Below, piece after piece: positions 61,773 through 64,000 of a stretch of DNA of 64,000 nucleotides. The notes below the pieces were generated by a model. The model was not told the origin of the DNA and ran no database searches. It saw only the letters and a list, made by a program, of their open reading frames with translations. Source of the stretch: Eledone cirrhosa (Eukaryota); NCBI GenBank assembly GCA_964016885.1, contig OZ024754.1, positions 25,544,001 to 25,608,000 of the forward strand. Reading direction: 5' to 3'. Within the stretch, counting starts at the first letter, position 1, and each line of letters starts with the position of its first letter. Position numbers and translations under genes: made by a program.

Positions 61773-62260
61773 GATTGAACGCCTGTCTCCATCTCCGTTT
61801 GATTGTCAAAATACATATTAACATTCTCTATTAGTCTTAATTCTATCAACTCTTCTAATATTTACCATTTAATATAAACTGCTACAGATAAAATGAGATT
61901 TCTGATTTCTTAGTTCAATTCCCTAATGCATATACCAGCTGGCTACTAGCATTGATGTTATTCAGTAGCAATCGAAATCTCCCCCTTCCCCAATTGACAC
62001 TTTATAATTAATACTACTACACCAAATGACCAGCCCTGTCCACTGTCCAATTGGTCAAGTATAGATTAAAATTGGCACTCCCAAAAATTCTTATTTAGAT
62101 AAAATAAACCATTTACTCATTGTATTCTCATTAGAAACCCTTTATATACTTGTTTAGCAGTAAATTGAATTACCATCTGTCATATACTATCCCCTCTCTT
62201 CTTCCTCTATTACTAATATAAATACTTCAATTTTTCTGATTTTATCCAATTTATCCAAAA

Positions 62261-62376
62261 TATCTGAAGAAGTGACAACTGTTTATACATTTGCTATCGA
62301 ATACTTGCTCACATTATATGATTACGCAAGCAGCGGTACATAGGTATTCCGTCTGTTACAGAAACATATGTCAATA
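62261..62376 (+). ncRNA. Hammerhead-like motif with 90-nt stem II (family L)
   Basis: pLTR copy of 59141-59256. Confidence 0.55.
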
Positions 62377-62431
62377 TCTAATAGATTCCTTTTTTAAAAA
62401 AAGCACTTTCATTTTATATTCATCTTTTCTA

Positions 62432-63440
<1,009 letters not shown>

Positions 63441-63445
63441 TATAG

Positions 63446-63490
63446 AACGATGTACTAGTTTCAAGCTTGTTAGCTATCATCAGCACCGTT
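63446..63490 (-). ncRNA. Minimal hammerhead ribozyme (family B)
   Basis: AACGGTG-CTGATGA-tAGCT aaca AGCTt-GAAA-CTAG-TA-CATCGTT. Confidence 0.88.
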
Positions 63491-63911
63491 TACCCATCTG
63501 CCAGATAGTTGAACGTTCGAAAGTATATACTTTCCTTATGAAAATTAACGGCTGAGCAGCCTAATTTGCATATTGAGTGAGTTAAATCGGTCAGGCATAC
63601 CGAAAACGATAAATTGAAACAAAATGAAAACGAAATTTCATTTCTCACTCTTAGTATGGCACTTACTTAAATGTAAGTATGCATGTATACGTACATACAT
63701 ATATGTATACAGACGTACAGTAGCATGCACATATATATATATATATACATATATATATACATATGCATACAGGTACACATACATATATGCACGTATCAGT
63801 TTAGCGGCGCTAACGTCGCTTTGTTCGTTTGTAAACAAACTGAACAGCCTGAATTTATGCCATACGGTGTTAAGGCAACAACGTCACCTTTTTGTTCAAC
63901 ACTGACACAGG

Positions 63912-63956
63912 AACGATGTACTAGTTTCAAGCTTGTTAGCTATCATCAGCACCGTT
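63912..63956 (-). ncRNA. Minimal hammerhead ribozyme (family B)
   Basis: Tandem copy, +466. Confidence 0.88.
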
Positions 63957-64000
63957 TACCCATCTGCCAGATAGTTGAACGTTCGAAAGTATATACTTTC

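Larger units (their letters stand above)
58370..62431 (+). mobile_element. Full-length Naiad-like PLE (family L) with ~940-bp direct pLTRs (58370-59311 / 61492-62431)
   Basis: Direct repeat at ~3120 offset that includes the ORF 3' end; (TA)n flanks. Confidence 0.9.
63445..64000 (-). mobile_element. Retrozyme-like 466-bp HHR tandem repeat (family B), continuing past the window end
   Basis: gaacgatgtactagtttc at 63445 and 63911; local homology to 489-954. Confidence 0.72.

Noticed and set aside
58370-62431. LTR retrotransposon
   Set aside because: The direct repeats include the ORF 3' end; no gag, protease or integrase; RT and GIY-YIG are PLE-type.

Overview
Eukaryotic, AT-rich, gene-free repeat cluster with no recognisable host gene. 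The tRNA-derived SINE and (TA/CA)n content resemble octopod cephalopods (inference). Almost all Y/I/C/V/M-rich ORFs in the track are microsatellite translations. The window holds at least eight different Penelope-like retroelements (PLEs; RT with DKT and YRDD motifs plus a C-terminal GIY-YIG endonuclease, Naiad-like) in partial-tandem and inverted arrangements, mostly bounded by (TA)n. It also holds one CR1-type LINE with an intact ORF2, a decayed CR1, an RTE fragment and a nest of about 11 SINE copies inside a foldback-like minisatellite palindrome. Reading by eye gives about 23 type I hammerhead ribozyme (HHR) motifs in about 12 sequence families, several with 80-117 nt stem II insertions. 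There are two kinds of non-coding HHR tandem repeats (312 bp and 466 bp units, retrozyme-like). A covarying bulged hairpin (RCUC-stem...stem-UW-GAGY) lies about 20-70 nt 3' of the HHR in most PLE families and is the strongest candidate for an undescribed element. All folds and alignments were done by eye.
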